Positions 1 through 10,044 of a stretch of 64,000 nt of DNA are shown in pieces. A program made the position numbers and the translations under genes. The stretch covers positions 4,178 through 68,177 of the forward strand of contig JAVBME010000011.1 in the NCBI GenBank assembly GCA_031552765.1, in the 5' to 3' direction. A model generated the notes under the pieces. The model saw only the letters and a list, made by a program, of their open reading frames with translations, was not told where the DNA came from and made no database searches. The first letter of the stretch is position 1, and every line of letters begins with the position of its first letter. This DNA is from Acidaminococcales bacterium. Its GTDB lineage: Bacteria; Bacillota; Negativicutes; Acidaminococcales; JAISLQ01.

Positions 1-189
1 GTCAACCAGTTTTATCAGGCCCGCCTTACCGCGACCGCCCCTTAATACCTGCGCTTTTACCACTGCCGGGTAGCCGGTTTTCTCCACTGCGGCCAAAATA
101 TCGCCGGAAGTTTTAGCAGTCAAGCCTTGCGGTATGGCTATGCCTATCTTTTCAAAGAGCGCTTTACCTTCATATTCATAAAGCCTCAA
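1..189 (-). CDS. Succinyl-CoA synthetase beta-subunit-like ATP-grasp acyl-CoA ligase, N-terminal part (runs off window edge)
   Basis: Not in the ORF track. Manual translation from TTG at 189 gives MRLYEYEGKALFEKIGIAIPQG...YPAVVKAQVLRGGRGKAGLIKLVD, matching the SucC-type N-terminus and KAQV..GGRGKAG motif. RBS AAGGGTG lies upstream. Confidence 0.85.
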   Translation of the reverse strand, partial: MRLYEYEGKALFEKIGIAIPQGLTAKTSGDILAAVEKTGYPAVVKAQVLRGGRGKAGLIKLVD

Positions 190-264
190 TATATTCACCC
201 TTTCATTTTTCCATATTTTTTCACGCAGACCGTGTGCAATGTTTTTTGTCTGCTGCTGTATAAT

Positions 265-281
265 AGCAAGCCATGTGCCAA
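265..281 (-). promoter_or_regulatory. sigma54 -24/-12 promoter for the SucC-like gene
   Basis: Minus strand reads TTGGCACATGGCTTGCT, matching TGGCAC-N5-TTGC; adjacent to a bEBP gene. Confidence 0.9.
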
Positions 282-441
282 ATAATATTTTCCGCCAAAA
301 GGTTACTGTATCCGCAACATACCTGTTTATATTTGTAAAATGTGAAAAATGCAATTATAATAATGATTGGAAAACATTATAAAATTTTATAAAATTTTAT
401 ATCTAAAAATAACCTTCATATTTTCTGCATAGGAGGACTTT

Positions 442-1866
442 ATGGCTAAAATAGACAAAATAAATACTTTCTTCAATATGCTGCTCAATCCCAAAGGAGT
501 CTCCTATAGCATCCTCACATCCATACCAAATCCCATGATAATCGCCGACAGCAATGGTAAAATACGCCTTGTCAACGAAAGATACATTAAGCTGGTTAAC
601 TGCCGGGAAGAAGACCTTTTAGGAAAAAACCTGGCCGAAGCCCGCCCCGGCACCAACCTGCAACAAGTCATAGAAACCGGACAAACCAGAACAGACCTGT
701 TGAGTAAAACCATATCCAATGCCATAGTCGACATGTCCATACCGCTTTATTACAAAAACCGGCTGGTAGGCGGAATATCTTTTTTGAAAGACAACAACCG
801 CATCTTCCAGTTGCACAAAAATCTTGAAGCGGCAATAGCATTAAACGAAAATCTTTCCTTAGAGTTAAAATCCTTTAAAAACAATGTCTATGCGGCAAAA
901 TATACCTTTCAAGATATCGTGGGAAAATCAAACAAATTTCTCAAAGCTGTGGCTTTTGCCAAAAAGATTGCCTCTTATGACGCCGATGTTTTGCTTATTG
1001 GCGAAAGCGGCACCGGCAAAGAGTTGTTCTCGCAGGCTATCCACAACCATAGCCAAAGGCACGGAATGCCATTCATCCCGGTAAACTGTTCCACTTTTAC
1101 GGCCAATCTTGTAGAAAGCGAACTTTTTGGCTACGAACCCAATGCTTTCACCGGCGCTGATAAAAACGGCAAAGTCGGCCTTTTTATGATGGCGGACAAA
1201 GGCACTATAATGCTTGACGAGATAGGCGACCTGCCATTCGATATGCAGGCCAAACTCCTGCGCGTCCTGCAAGAGCGCAAAATACGGAAAGTCGGCAGTT
1301 CCGTGGAAACGCCGCTCGACATCAGAGTTATAGCCGCCAGCAACAAAGACTTGTCTTTACTGGTAAAAGAAGGCGCCTTCCGGGAAGACCTTTACTACCG
1401 CCTGTCCATGCTCACCCTTAAACTGCCAAGCCTGCGCGAGCGCATGGAAGATATCGAGATCCTGGCCGATGCCCTTTTGACCGAATGGAATATAAGGTAC
1501 GGCCGGGCAGTAAAATTTTCCAGCAAGGCTTACAAAGCTCTTTTCAGCAGGGAATGGCCGGGAAACATACGCGAATTGAGAAACGCCGTTTTCTTTGCCG
1601 CTTACACTTGCGACTGCGACATAATAAACGACCTGCCCGCACAGGCAGCGCATTCAACGCTGAAAATAGAGCCGCTGGCCGCAGAAGAACCTGATATCGA
1701 AGAAGAAAAGCCGCTGAAAGAATACGTCGAAGAATACGAACTCAAAATAATCCGCCTCATGTTAAAAAAATACGGCGATTCATTGGAAGCCAAGAAAAAA
1801 ATCGCCGAAAAATTAAAAATATCTTTGCCCACTCTCTATAACAAACTTAAAGCAACCGGGCAATGA
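442..1866 (+). CDS. sigma54-dependent transcriptional activator (PAS-AAA+-Fis HTH)
   Basis: Walker A GESGTGKE, ESELFGY..NAFTGA, Walker B MLDEIG, FREDLYYRL, WPGNIREL, C-terminal HTH and N-terminal PAS-like region. Confidence 0.95.
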   Translation: MAKIDKINTFFNMLLNPKGVSYSILTSIPNPMIIADSNGKIRLVNERYIKLVNCREEDLLGKNLAEARPGTNLQQVIETGQTRTDLLSKTISNAIVDMSIPLYYKNRLVGGISFLKDNNRIFQLHKNLEAAIALNENLSLELKSFKNNVYAAKYTFQDIVGKSNKFLKAVAFAKKIASYDADVLLIGESGTGKELFSQAIHNHSQRHGMPFIPVNCSTFTANLVESELFGYEPNAFTGADKNGKVGLFMMADKGTIMLDEIGDLPFDMQAKLLRVLQERKIRKVGSSVETPLDIRVIAASNKDLSLLVKEGAFREDLYYRLSMLTLKLPSLRERMEDIEILADALLTEWNIRYGRAVKFSSKAYKALFSREWPGNIRELRNAVFFAAYTCDCDIINDLPAQAAHSTLKIEPLAAEEPDIEEEKPLKEYVEEYELKIIRLMLKKYGDSLEAKKKIAEKLKISLPTLYNKLKATGQ

Positions 1867-1906
1867 CTTAGCCGCGCAAAACAATGCTACTTTTTTTGTA
1901 TCACGC

Positions 1907-2884
1907 TCAGCTAAAGCCAAAAGGCAATTTGCCAGCGCTGGCGGCAAATGACCACAACTGGCGCCCGGTTATCTTTTCCGTCATCCTGCCCAATGAGAAG
2001 GTCTTGTCTACATCTATGCCCGTTTCTATGCCCATTCCGTCCAGCATGGAGACAAGGTCTTCCGTACAGACTAAGCCGCTACGCCGGGCGTGGACGTAGT
2101 ATTCGCCTGTACCGGGAACGGGTACACGGTCTATTATGTTGGCCGGCTGCCCGCCCAGGCCGCCCAAGGTGCTTTCAAAGTTTTCTACCCCGGCCAAAAG
2201 GGCGGCGTAGTAACAGGCTAAACCAGCGCCGCGCGAGTCATGGACGTGAAAGATGTGCAGCTTCGGGTCAGGGTATTTGTCCATAACTTTGGCGAAGTAT
2301 TCATAGGCCCTGTCCGGCGTCGCTTCCCCGTCGTGGTCAGCATGTTCTATGTCGTCTACGCCGATTTCCATATACCTGTCGGTAAAGTCCCAGGCTTTAC
2401 CCAGTTCCATCTTGCCGACAAAAGGACAGCCAAATATAGTGGTAACTGTCCCGCAGACTTTTAGCCCGGCGGCGTGGGCGGCTTTTACCGCCTGTTTATT
2501 AAAGGACCAGGCTTCTACATGTGTTTTGCCGGAGTTGGCTTTATGGTGTTGTTCGCTGGTAGAGGTGTTGAGCAGTACCCGGTGGATGTTGGCGCCTTCT
2601 TGTTTTAGTTTTATTGCTCTGTCCAGTGCGCGCTGGTTGATGGTAACGGCTGTGAACTCCACATCTTTTGCCGCCGGAAGTTTTCTGATCAGTTCGTCGG
2701 CGTCGGCAAACTGGGGCAGGTTTCTGGGGTTAGCTAGATTGGTCACTTCTACATGTTTAAAACCGGCTTCGATGAGTTTTTCTATGACGTACAGCTTAGC
2801 CGCCACCGGGATATAGCTCTCTTCTCTCTGGAAGCCGTCTCGCGGCGTCAGGTCGTGTATGTGTACTTTTTTCGGCAGTTTCAT
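1907..2884 (-). CDS. HMG-CoA-lyase-family (DRE-TIM) acyl-CoA lyase, atypical
   Basis: TPRDGFQ, FGCPF, HVHDSRG and TEDLV..L..MGIETG motifs are present; the GGCP motif reads GGQP. Confidence 0.85.
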   Translation of the reverse strand: MKLPKKVHIHDLTPRDGFQREESYIPVAAKLYVIEKLIEAGFKHVEVTNLANPRNLPQFADADELIRKLPAAKDVEFTAVTINQRALDRAIKLKQEGANIHRVLLNTSTSEQHHKANSGKTHVEAWSFNKQAVKAAHAAGLKVCGTVTTIFGCPFVGKMELGKAWDFTDRYMEIGVDDIEHADHDGEATPDRAYEYFAKVMDKYPDPKLHIFHVHDSRGAGLACYYAALLAGVENFESTLGGLGGQPANIIDRVPVPGTGEYYVHARRSGLVCTEDLVSMLDGMGIETGIDVDKTFSLGRMTEKITGRQLWSFAASAGKLPFGFS

Positions 2885-2942
2885 AAAATCATCTCCTTCA
2901 CATGGTATAGCTTTTTCATGTTACGGACTGGCGATGGTCCTT

Positions 2943-3719
2943 TCATTTACCTGTCCAGACAGGTTGTCTTTTTTCAAAAAAAGCGGCTACTCCCTCTTTG
3001 CTGTCCTGGGTACAGGCATTGATCACCAACATATCCGTCAGATAACTAAAGGCAGCATAATAGTCCATGCCGGCCATATTGTAGAAACTTTCCTTCCCCA
3101 GTCGCAAAGCCGAAGGGCTGTGCCCGGCTATCTTTTCCGCCAGTTTCATCGTCTCTTCTTCCAATTTGTCCGCCGGCACAACCTTATTAGCCAGCCCCCA
3201 CTCCAAAGCTTGCTGCGCAGTTATATTGTCGCCGGTAAAAAGCATCTCCAGGAGGATTTTTCGCGGCATCAATTTACTTATAGGATTCATCACATTGTAA
3301 GCGAATAGCCCGCGTTTTATTTCCGGCAAGCCGAGTATGGCGTCTTCCGCCATCACCGTCAAGTCCGGCGCTGTCGCCAGGCCAAATCCCCCGGCCAAAG
3401 CAAAGCCGTGCACCTGCGAAATAAGCACTTTGCCGATTTTAGACATGGCGGTGAGCGTTTTTATCAGACCGCTCTTATTTTTTTTGCTGTCCATGATGCT
3501 TTGCCCCGGGATCAAAGAATCGAGTTCCGCGCCTGCACAAAAGCCCTTGCCGGCGCCGCTCAGCACTATGACCCTGGTATCGTCCTCTTTATCCAACAGG
3601 TAAAGGGCGTCGGCTATCTCTTCAAGCATTTGCCCGGTAAGAGAGTTTCTTCGTTCGGGGCGATTGAAGATTATCCTGGCTATTTTTCCTTTTTCTATGA
3701 TTATAGATTGATATTCCAC
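2943..3719 (-). CDS. Enoyl-CoA hydratase/isomerase (crotonase family)
   Basis: NRPERRN, FCAGAEL, VHGFALAGG, LPEIKRG and EGVAAFFEKR motifs. Confidence 0.92.
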   Translation of the reverse strand: MEYQSIIIEKGKIARIIFNRPERRNSLTGQMLEEIADALYLLDKEDDTRVIVLSGAGKGFCAGAELDSLIPGQSIMDSKKNKSGLIKTLTAMSKIGKVLISQVHGFALAGGFGLATAPDLTVMAEDAILGLPEIKRGLFAYNVMNPISKLMPRKILLEMLFTGDNITAQQALEWGLANKVVPADKLEEETMKLAEKIAGHSPSALRLGKESFYNMAGMDYYAAFSYLTDMLVINACTQDSKEGVAAFFEKRQPVWTGK

Positions 3720-3737
3720 TTGTATTACCCTCCTTAA

Positions 3738-5018
3738 CTACATGCGGTTAGGCAGCCACGTTACAATTTCAGGAAATGCTATAAAAAGAACCAGCGATAC
3801 TACGCAGGCCAGCATCAATATCAGCGATCCTCTGAATGCCGTGCCCAACTGTATTTTCCCTACAGAACTCACGATAAATACATTAAGGCCTACCGGCGGC
3901 GTGACAAGCCCTATCTCCACGAGTACGATCGTAATGACGCCAAACCAGATCGGGTCAAAGCCCAGCGCTTGCACTACCGGAAATACCATTGGCAAAGTCA
4001 GCATGAGTATGGCTATCTGGTCCATGATACATCCTAACGCCAGATATAAAGCCACCAGCATGAGCATTACCACCCAGCGGTTTACTTCCATGTTGGAAAT
4101 AAACTGTACTATTGACTGTGGTATCTGGCTCATAGTAAGGTAGTATCCAAAAATAGTGGCGCAGATAATGATGACAAAAATAGTGCCGCTGGTATTTATA
4201 GTGGATATTACCGCTTTTTTTATCCCGTCTTTATTCAGCCGCCTCATGGCAAGCCCGATGAGCAAAGAGCCGAGAGCGCCCACGGCAGCGCTTTCCGTCG
4301 GCGTGGCAAAACCGGTGTAGATAGAGCCTATGACCAAAACAAAAAGCACCAATACGGGAAAGATGGCTTTTATAGTAGCAAATCTTTCCTCCCAGGAAAA
4401 AGGCGGTATGACCGGGCAAAGCCCCGGCGTCACTTTTACCCACAGTATGATCGCCGCAGCCAAAACCAGTGTAGCGATGATACCGGGAATAAGTCCGGCG
4501 ATGAGCAGCTTGCCGACCGAAGTCTCGGTCGCCGTGCCGTAGATTATCATTGGTACGCTGGGCGGGATGAGTACCGCCAAAGTACCGGCCACCGCCACCG
4601 AACCGGCGATAAGGTCATCGCGGTATTTCAGTTTTTGCATCTCCGGCACCACAACAGACGACATCGCTGCGGCAGTCGCCGTGCTCGAGCCGCACATAGC
4701 GCCAAAGCCGGCATTGGCGAATACCGTAGCAATGGCAACTCCACCGGGAAAATGGCCAAACCATTTATAGGCCACTTGAAAAACGTCTTTTGTTATATTT
4801 GAATTAGTGATAAAACCGGCCATCAAAATGAACAGCGGTACAGTGGTCAATGTGTAATGAGCCGCGCTCCGGAAAGGCGATGTGCCCAAAATACCCAGGA
4901 CGCTGTCCAGCCCGCCGATCATCCACACGCCCGCAATGCCGGTTATGCCCATAGCAAAAGCCACCGGCAAGCCGATCATCATAAGCAAAAGCATCATTGC
5001 CAAAGGCAGTAATACCAT
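3738..5018 (-). CDS. TRAP transporter large permease (DctM)
   Basis: Hydrophobic 426 aa with GSSTATA, LIPPS, TPTESA and TPPVGLN motifs. Confidence 0.95.
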   Translation of the reverse strand: MVLLPLAMMLLLMMIGLPVAFAMGITGIAGVWMIGGLDSVLGILGTSPFRSAAHYTLTTVPLFILMAGFITNSNITKDVFQVAYKWFGHFPGGVAIATVFANAGFGAMCGSSTATAAAMSSVVVPEMQKLKYRDDLIAGSVAVAGTLAVLIPPSVPMIIYGTATETSVGKLLIAGLIPGIIATLVLAAAIILWVKVTPGLCPVIPPFSWEERFATIKAIFPVLVLFVLVIGSIYTGFATPTESAAVGALGSLLIGLAMRRLNKDGIKKAVISTINTSGTIFVIIICATIFGYYLTMSQIPQSIVQFISNMEVNRWVVMLMLVALYLALGCIMDQIAILMLTLPMVFPVVQALGFDPIWFGVITIVLVEIGLVTPPVGLNVFIVSSVGKIQLGTAFRGSLILMLACVVSLVLFIAFPEIVTWLPNRM

Positions 5019-5044
5019 AAATCTGCTTCCTCCTTGCGCAATTA

Positions 5045-5539
5045 TTAGTGTTCTACATGCAGCCGGCCCAGCAGCATTTGTATAGAGCGGATGCTGGCCA
5101 ACACAGTACCGATAGTTACCATCATATAAGCGGGCGCCATGGGATAGGCCAATGCCGAAGCGCTGTGCTCGCTATGCCTGATCGCTTCTTCTACGACAGG
5201 TATAGAACACCATGCTATAGATAAAAACAGTATCAAGCCGACAAAAGTATTCACTGTGGCCAGTTTCTTCTTTAAGCTTTCCGGAAAAAACCTTTCCAGC
5301 AATTCTACCTTTATATGCCCGCCCTTGACGTATACATAACTAAAAGGCATATATATTATGGCCACCATCAGATACTCTTCGCTAAATTCCAAAACGCCGG
5401 TCAAAGGAGCGCGGAAAAAATAGCGCAAAATAGTATCCAAACTGGTCAGCAGCATCAAAATGATCAACGCGGCGCCTGCAACAAAAAGGCAAGCCAATTC
5501 TATGTTATCTATAATGCTTTTCTTGTTTTCTTGCTCCAT
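5045..5539 (-). CDS. TRAP transporter small permease (DctQ)
   Basis: About 4 TM segments and a GHIKVE motif, between dctP and dctM. Start moved to the ATG after RBS AAGGGG. Confidence 0.9.
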   Translation of the reverse strand: MEQENKKSIIDNIELACLFVAGAALIILMLLTSLDTILRYFFRAPLTGVLEFSEEYLMVAIIYMPFSYVYVKGGHIKVELLERFFPESLKKKLATVNTFVGLILFLSIAWCSIPVVEEAIRHSEHSASALAYPMAPAYMMVTIGTVLASIRSIQMLLGRLHVEH

Positions 5540-5609
5540 ATTATTCCCCTTTAAGTCCGCCCGCCCCGGCAAATAAAACAGACTGCCGGAGCGGCGGTTA
5601 TTGGCCTTG

Positions 5610-6689
5610 TCATTTCTTGGCGTTTAGCTTTTTCTCTATATCGGTTACCTGGGCGATGGTAGCGTCAAGCACTTTTTGCGCCGGCAACCCTTTTGCGCTT
5701 TGTGTTTTCACCCAGTTTTGCACCACAGGGTCGGTCGCTTTCCTAAAAGCTTCTTTTTCCGCAGCATTGAGCGTATATACTTTCATCCCGGCCGCTTCAT
5801 ACTTTTTCTGATATTCTTCGGCCGCTTTGGTCATATGGTCACCCAGCATGATGGTCGCTTCCAACCCGCAGTCAAGCATTATTTTCTGTAAATCTTTAGG
5901 CAGGCCGTTCCACACCCGTTCATTTATACAATATACGCCTACCCATCCATTCATATTGACCCCTTTAGTGGCGAACTTCAATACTTCCTGCATTTTATAC
6001 TGGTCGAGCGCTTCGAAAGCCAGTACGCAACCGTCGACCGTTCCGCGTAGCGTCGCTTCATACATCTCTTGCGGTATTATGCTGACCGCCGCTCCGCCCA
6101 TAGCGGATATGCCCATTTCAGCAGACACGCCGGGTACTCTGAAGCGCATACCTTTTACATCAGCCGGCGTTTTGATGAATTTGCCGGAAGAAGTATTATA
6201 AAAAAGGTCGTTCGGGTTATAGGCCAGGTTGAATACCGGGCGGATCTTATGTTTTTTGAACTCTTCATCGTACAGTATGCCCTGACAAAGATGCCAAAAC
6301 GCTTCCGCCCCGACGCGCGAGGTAGGATAGATGCCAGGCAAGTCGAAAACATTGCTCAGAGGCACCTTGCCGCTTACATAAGCCGGACCGACGACGGCCA
6401 TATCGGCAACGCCGTTTTTCACCAGTTCGATCATATCTACTTGCTTGCCCAACTGGCCGCCCGGGTAGTGCTCAAATTTTATCCGTCCGTTTGATTTTTG
6501 TTCCACCAACTGCATAAATTTATTTAGTCCGTTTACAGTAAACATGTGTTGCGCGGGAAAAGCGTCAGCTACCTTCAATTTGTACACTTTGCCGTCGTCT
6601 TTTGGTTTGGGCGCATCTTTGGAGCCGCCGCAACCGCTAAAAAGTAAAACCAGGCTCATCATGGCTACGAAAAGAATTCTGCTTTGCAA
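5610..6689 (-). CDS. TRAP substrate-binding lipoprotein (DctP)
   Basis: Lipobox FSGC; YPGGQLG, DVKGMRFR and GTVDG motifs. Confidence 0.93.
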   Translation of the reverse strand: MQSRILFVAMMSLVLLFSGCGGSKDAPKPKDDGKVYKLKVADAFPAQHMFTVNGLNKFMQLVEQKSNGRIKFEHYPGGQLGKQVDMIELVKNGVADMAVVGPAYVSGKVPLSNVFDLPGIYPTSRVGAEAFWHLCQGILYDEEFKKHKIRPVFNLAYNPNDLFYNTSSGKFIKTPADVKGMRFRVPGVSAEMGISAMGGAAVSIIPQEMYEATLRGTVDGCVLAFEALDQYKMQEVLKFATKGVNMNGWVGVYCINERVWNGLPKDLQKIMLDCGLEATIMLGDHMTKAAEEYQKKYEAAGMKVYTLNAAEKEAFRKATDPVVQNWVKTQSAKGLPAQKVLDATIAQVTDIEKKLNAKK

Positions 6690-6760
6690 AATAATTCCCC
6701 CTTTTGGTTAGTAGTGCCAAAAACCACATCACACAAGGCTTTTAGCTTGCGAATAAGATT

Positions 6761-6777
6761 AGCAAGAACAGTGCCAA
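6761..6777 (-). promoter_or_regulatory. sigma54 promoter for dctPQM-hydratase-lyase operon
   Basis: Minus strand reads TTGGCACTGTTCTTGCT. Confidence 0.88.
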
Positions 6778-6787
6778 AAAGTAAATT

Positions 6788-6828
6788 AAAAAGCCAGCGC
6801 TGAATAAGGCTTCAGCACCGGCTTTTTT
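6788..6828. terminator. Intrinsic terminator downstream of the second TRAP operon
   Basis: Stem AAAAGCCAGCGCTGAA...TTCAGCACCGGCTTTT flanked by A/T tracts. Confidence 0.65.
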
Positions 6829-6926
6829 AAACTTAGAAATATAAATATTCAATAAATTTTGTTCTAAATATTTTTAATAAGCTGTGAACAGTGAGGCAAC
6901 AGCTTCCCGCCAAGATAACGGCACTT

Positions 6927-7952
6927 TTATTTTTGGCTGTCCATAACTTTTTTCAGGTAATCTTCACCAATAGACTTGCCCAACTTTTCATAAACCGGCT
7001 GTACGGCCTTTAACCATGCCGCCCGCTCTTGCGGCGTCATAACATGAACCTTTCCGCCTTTTTGTTTTATCTCGTCTATCGCTTTTTTGCTTGCCTCCAC
7101 TACTACTTCATGGTGTTTTTGCTCAGCTGTTTTTATGTGTTTCATCACTTTTTCGCGAATATCGGCAGGCATGCCGTCCAAAAATTTCTTGTTTGCCAGT
7201 TGCGTTATCGCCGTGGAGTGGATAAAGGTATCGAGGTAGTACTTGGTTACTTCAAACAGGTTCCTTTCCTTTACCGAAATCGGCCCTATATCCGCTGCGT
7301 CTACCATACCGCGCTGCATAGCTATAAATATGTCGCCGGCCGGAAGGTCTACCGGCGAGGCCCCTACCGTCATCCAAATCAATGAGCCGTCGCCCAGGCT
7401 GCGCACTTTCATACCCTTGGCGTCAGCTGGCAGTTTTACTTCTTTACCGTTGGTTATTATGCTATATGGCCCTGTAGCAGCCGAGGCCAAACAAACTATG
7501 CCTTTCGCTTCCAGCGGTTTGAACAGTTCCGCCGCCAGAGGCCCGGTCAGGAATTTGTTCATCGCGACAACATCTTGAAAAAGAAAGGGAACATCCAAAA
7601 CGGTTATTTTCGGACTGAGGGCGGACAGGTACCAGTTGGCCAGAGAAATCATCTCCACGTCGCCCCTGGCTACCGCATCCAACGCTTCCGCCGGTTTGTA
7701 AAGTTGTGATGCCGGGTAAAGCTTTACTGTAACTTTTCCTTTGAGCTCCGGGTCGGCGTCAACCAGTTTTTTGAAAGTCTCCGGTACGACTGACATGGTA
7801 CCGTTGGCCGGCATATCATAAGACCACCTTATTTCTGTTGCCTTTCCCGTAGGCGCCGCCTTTTTATCAGCGCCGCCGCAACCGGCCAGTAAAGAAAGAA
7901 CCGATGTTATTACTAAAAGCAAAATGATTTTTTTCCCTTTTAACATGTCCAT
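6927..7952 (-). CDS. TRAP substrate-binding lipoprotein (DctP), second system
   Basis: Lipobox LAGC; LYPASQL, DAKGMKVR and MQRGMVDA motifs. Confidence 0.93.
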   Translation of the reverse strand: MDMLKGKKIILLLVITSVLSLLAGCGGADKKAAPTGKATEIRWSYDMPANGTMSVVPETFKKLVDADPELKGKVTVKLYPASQLYKPAEALDAVARGDVEMISLANWYLSALSPKITVLDVPFLFQDVVAMNKFLTGPLAAELFKPLEAKGIVCLASAATGPYSIITNGKEVKLPADAKGMKVRSLGDGSLIWMTVGASPVDLPAGDIFIAMQRGMVDAADIGPISVKERNLFEVTKYYLDTFIHSTAITQLANKKFLDGMPADIREKVMKHIKTAEQKHHEVVVEASKKAIDEIKQKGGKVHVMTPQERAAWLKAVQPVYEKLGKSIGEDYLKKVMDSQK

Positions 7953-8012
7953 TTCATATCCCCCTTTAATAATTTGAACCGTTTTTCCAAAACGGCCTTG
8001 ACCTCAAACTGA

Positions 8013-9290
8013 TCATACGCGGGCCGGCAGCCAGGTACTAAGTTCAGGCACCATAATGATGACCGCCAGTACAAATAACATGACTATTACATAAGGTACT
8101 GCGCCTTTGGCCACTTCGGACACCGGCGTGCCGGTAGAGCCGGAGAGAGCGAAAAGGTTCATGCCGATAGGCGGCGTTATTGTCCCTATCTCCATGTTTA
8201 TGGTATATATTACCGCAATATGGAGAGGATCAAATCCCAACTGGATAAGCACCGGATAAAGTATCGGTATGGTCACCAGCATTATGGAGATGACGTCCAG
8301 CAAGCAGCCTAAAACCAGCAAGAGCACATTGACAGCCAGCATAAAAGCCAGCGGCGGCAGACCAATGCTCATTATCCAGTCGATGATCTCGTTCGAGACC
8401 TGGCTTATAGTGATTATATAGGCAAACACCATGACGCCGCTGAAAACTACCATGATCTGCGATGAAGCGACCGCCCCTTCGGCAAAAATCTCCGGCAGAG
8501 CGCTTAATTTTATTGTCTTATAATAAAACAGCGTGATCAACAAACAATACGCCACGCCTACGGCAGCGCTCTCATCCGCGGTAAATATGCCGCCGTATAT
8601 GCCGCCTATAATAATAACCGGCGCTAATATTATCAAAAAAGACTCACGGAAAGTTTTTAACATTTCGGCCAACGAGACGCTTTCATAAGTCGGTTTGCTG
8701 ACCCTTTTTGGCCCGGCCCAAAAATAAGTAAAAACAGACAGCGCCAGCGTTGCAAAAACACCCGGCGCCAGGCCGGCCATAAAACACTTGCCGATAGACT
8801 GCTCGGTTATACTGCCATAGATAATCATGGTCAGGCTTGGCGGGATGAGAATGCCCAGCGTACCGCCCGTCGCCAGTATACCGCAAGTAAATCCCCTGTC
8901 ATAGCCATATTTGACCATGTAGGGCAAAAGTATCATGCCTAAAGCCGCCGCGTTGGCAAGGCTTGACCCGCTTATTGCCGCAAATACCGCACTGGTCATT
9001 ATCGCCGCTACGCCAAGGCCGCCGCGCAGGTTTTTAAATACGCTGTTGGCAAATTCAAACATGTATTTGACCAGCAGGCCCTTGGACATGATGACGCCTA
9101 CTACAATAAAGAGCGGCAACGCCACTAAGGAAAAATTGTTTAACGAGCTGTACATTATATGTGAAATAGTAGTGATCGAAGAAAAATCAAACAGGTAAAA
9201 ACAAATGGCTGAAGTAAGAGCTGCGCTGAACGCCACAGGAAAACCTGTTATGAGGAAGAAGAGAAAAATCAGCAAAACACTTAAAATCAT
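8013..9290 (-). CDS. TRAP large permease (DctM), second system
   Basis: ISGSSLA, GGTLGILIPPS and TPPIGMNLF motifs. Confidence 0.95.
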   Translation of the reverse strand: MILSVLLIFLFFLITGFPVAFSAALTSAICFYLFDFSSITTISHIMYSSLNNFSLVALPLFIVVGVIMSKGLLVKYMFEFANSVFKNLRGGLGVAAIMTSAVFAAISGSSLANAAALGMILLPYMVKYGYDRGFTCGILATGGTLGILIPPSLTMIIYGSITEQSIGKCFMAGLAPGVFATLALSVFTYFWAGPKRVSKPTYESVSLAEMLKTFRESFLIILAPVIIIGGIYGGIFTADESAAVGVAYCLLITLFYYKTIKLSALPEIFAEGAVASSQIMVVFSGVMVFAYIITISQVSNEIIDWIMSIGLPPLAFMLAVNVLLLVLGCLLDVISIMLVTIPILYPVLIQLGFDPLHIAVIYTINMEIGTITPPIGMNLFALSGSTGTPVSEVAKGAVPYVIVMLFVLAVIIMVPELSTWLPARV

Positions 9291-9793
9291 TCCTCACGCA
9301 CCTCCTTTCCTGCGGTACGTATCTTGTCTACAGTTTCTGAAAAAAGTTCAAGAAACCTCATGGTAAACAAGCTTCCGCCCAATGGCATTATCATATACGG
9401 CAGCCAAAGAGGCGTTTTGGCTAAAGATGTCGATGTTACCCCGGTAGCATAGGCGTGCATGGTCAACTGCAAACCGCTTATCAGCAATATCATGCTAAAA
9501 GTTATACCTAAAACAACATTGAATAAATCAAAATAATTTTGCCATTTTACCGGCAAGAGGTCTACCACCACTGAAAGGCGTATATGTTTTCCTGTTTTCA
9601 ATACCTGGCTGGCGCCAAGAAAAGTTGACCAGATAGTGAAAAATATGATGTATTCTTTAGCCCAGTAAAATGAAGTATTGAAGCCCAGCCGTGCGATGAC
9701 TTCGATAAAAGTTAGGATAAACGCACCGGCAATAGTTAACATTGCCAGCTTTCTTTCTGTTTTGTCCCATATCCCGATTATTGCTTTAAACAA
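9287..9793 (-). CDS. TRAP small permease (DctQ), second system
   Basis: About 4 TM segments, KHIRL motif, 4-nt overlap with dctM. Confidence 0.9.
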   Translation of the reverse strand: MFKAIIGIWDKTERKLAMLTIAGAFILTFIEVIARLGFNTSFYWAKEYIIFFTIWSTFLGASQVLKTGKHIRLSVVVDLLPVKWQNYFDLFNVVLGITFSMILLISGLQLTMHAYATGVTSTSLAKTPLWLPYMIMPLGGSLFTMRFLELFSETVDKIRTAGKEVREE

Positions 9794-9874
9794 TCTTTGA
9801 CCTCCTCCCTAAAAACTGGATTAATTAAGTAAATTAAAAATTATCACCTCCAAATTATTGCACAAAAAAAATAA

Positions 9875-9890
9875 AGCAAATTGCATGCCA
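9875..9890 (-). promoter_or_regulatory. sigma54 promoter for the dctQMP operon
   Basis: Minus strand reads TGGCATGCAATTTGCT, with correct GG-N10-GC spacing. Confidence 0.85.
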
Positions 9891-10044
9891 TTTTACTAAA
9901 ACAATATTTTATCTTTGTAATATAGCATTTAAAAGTTTTTTCAACAGGTAATTTTTCTCTATTTTTATAAATTATTTTAAAATATTTTAATTTTTCGAAT
10001 ATTTTAAAATATTATTTTTATTTAAGTAAAATAGAATGTTGTAG

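Noticed and set aside
6711-6720. Second TTGGCAC just downstream of the dctP sigma54 promoter
   Set aside because: No TTGC at the -12 position.
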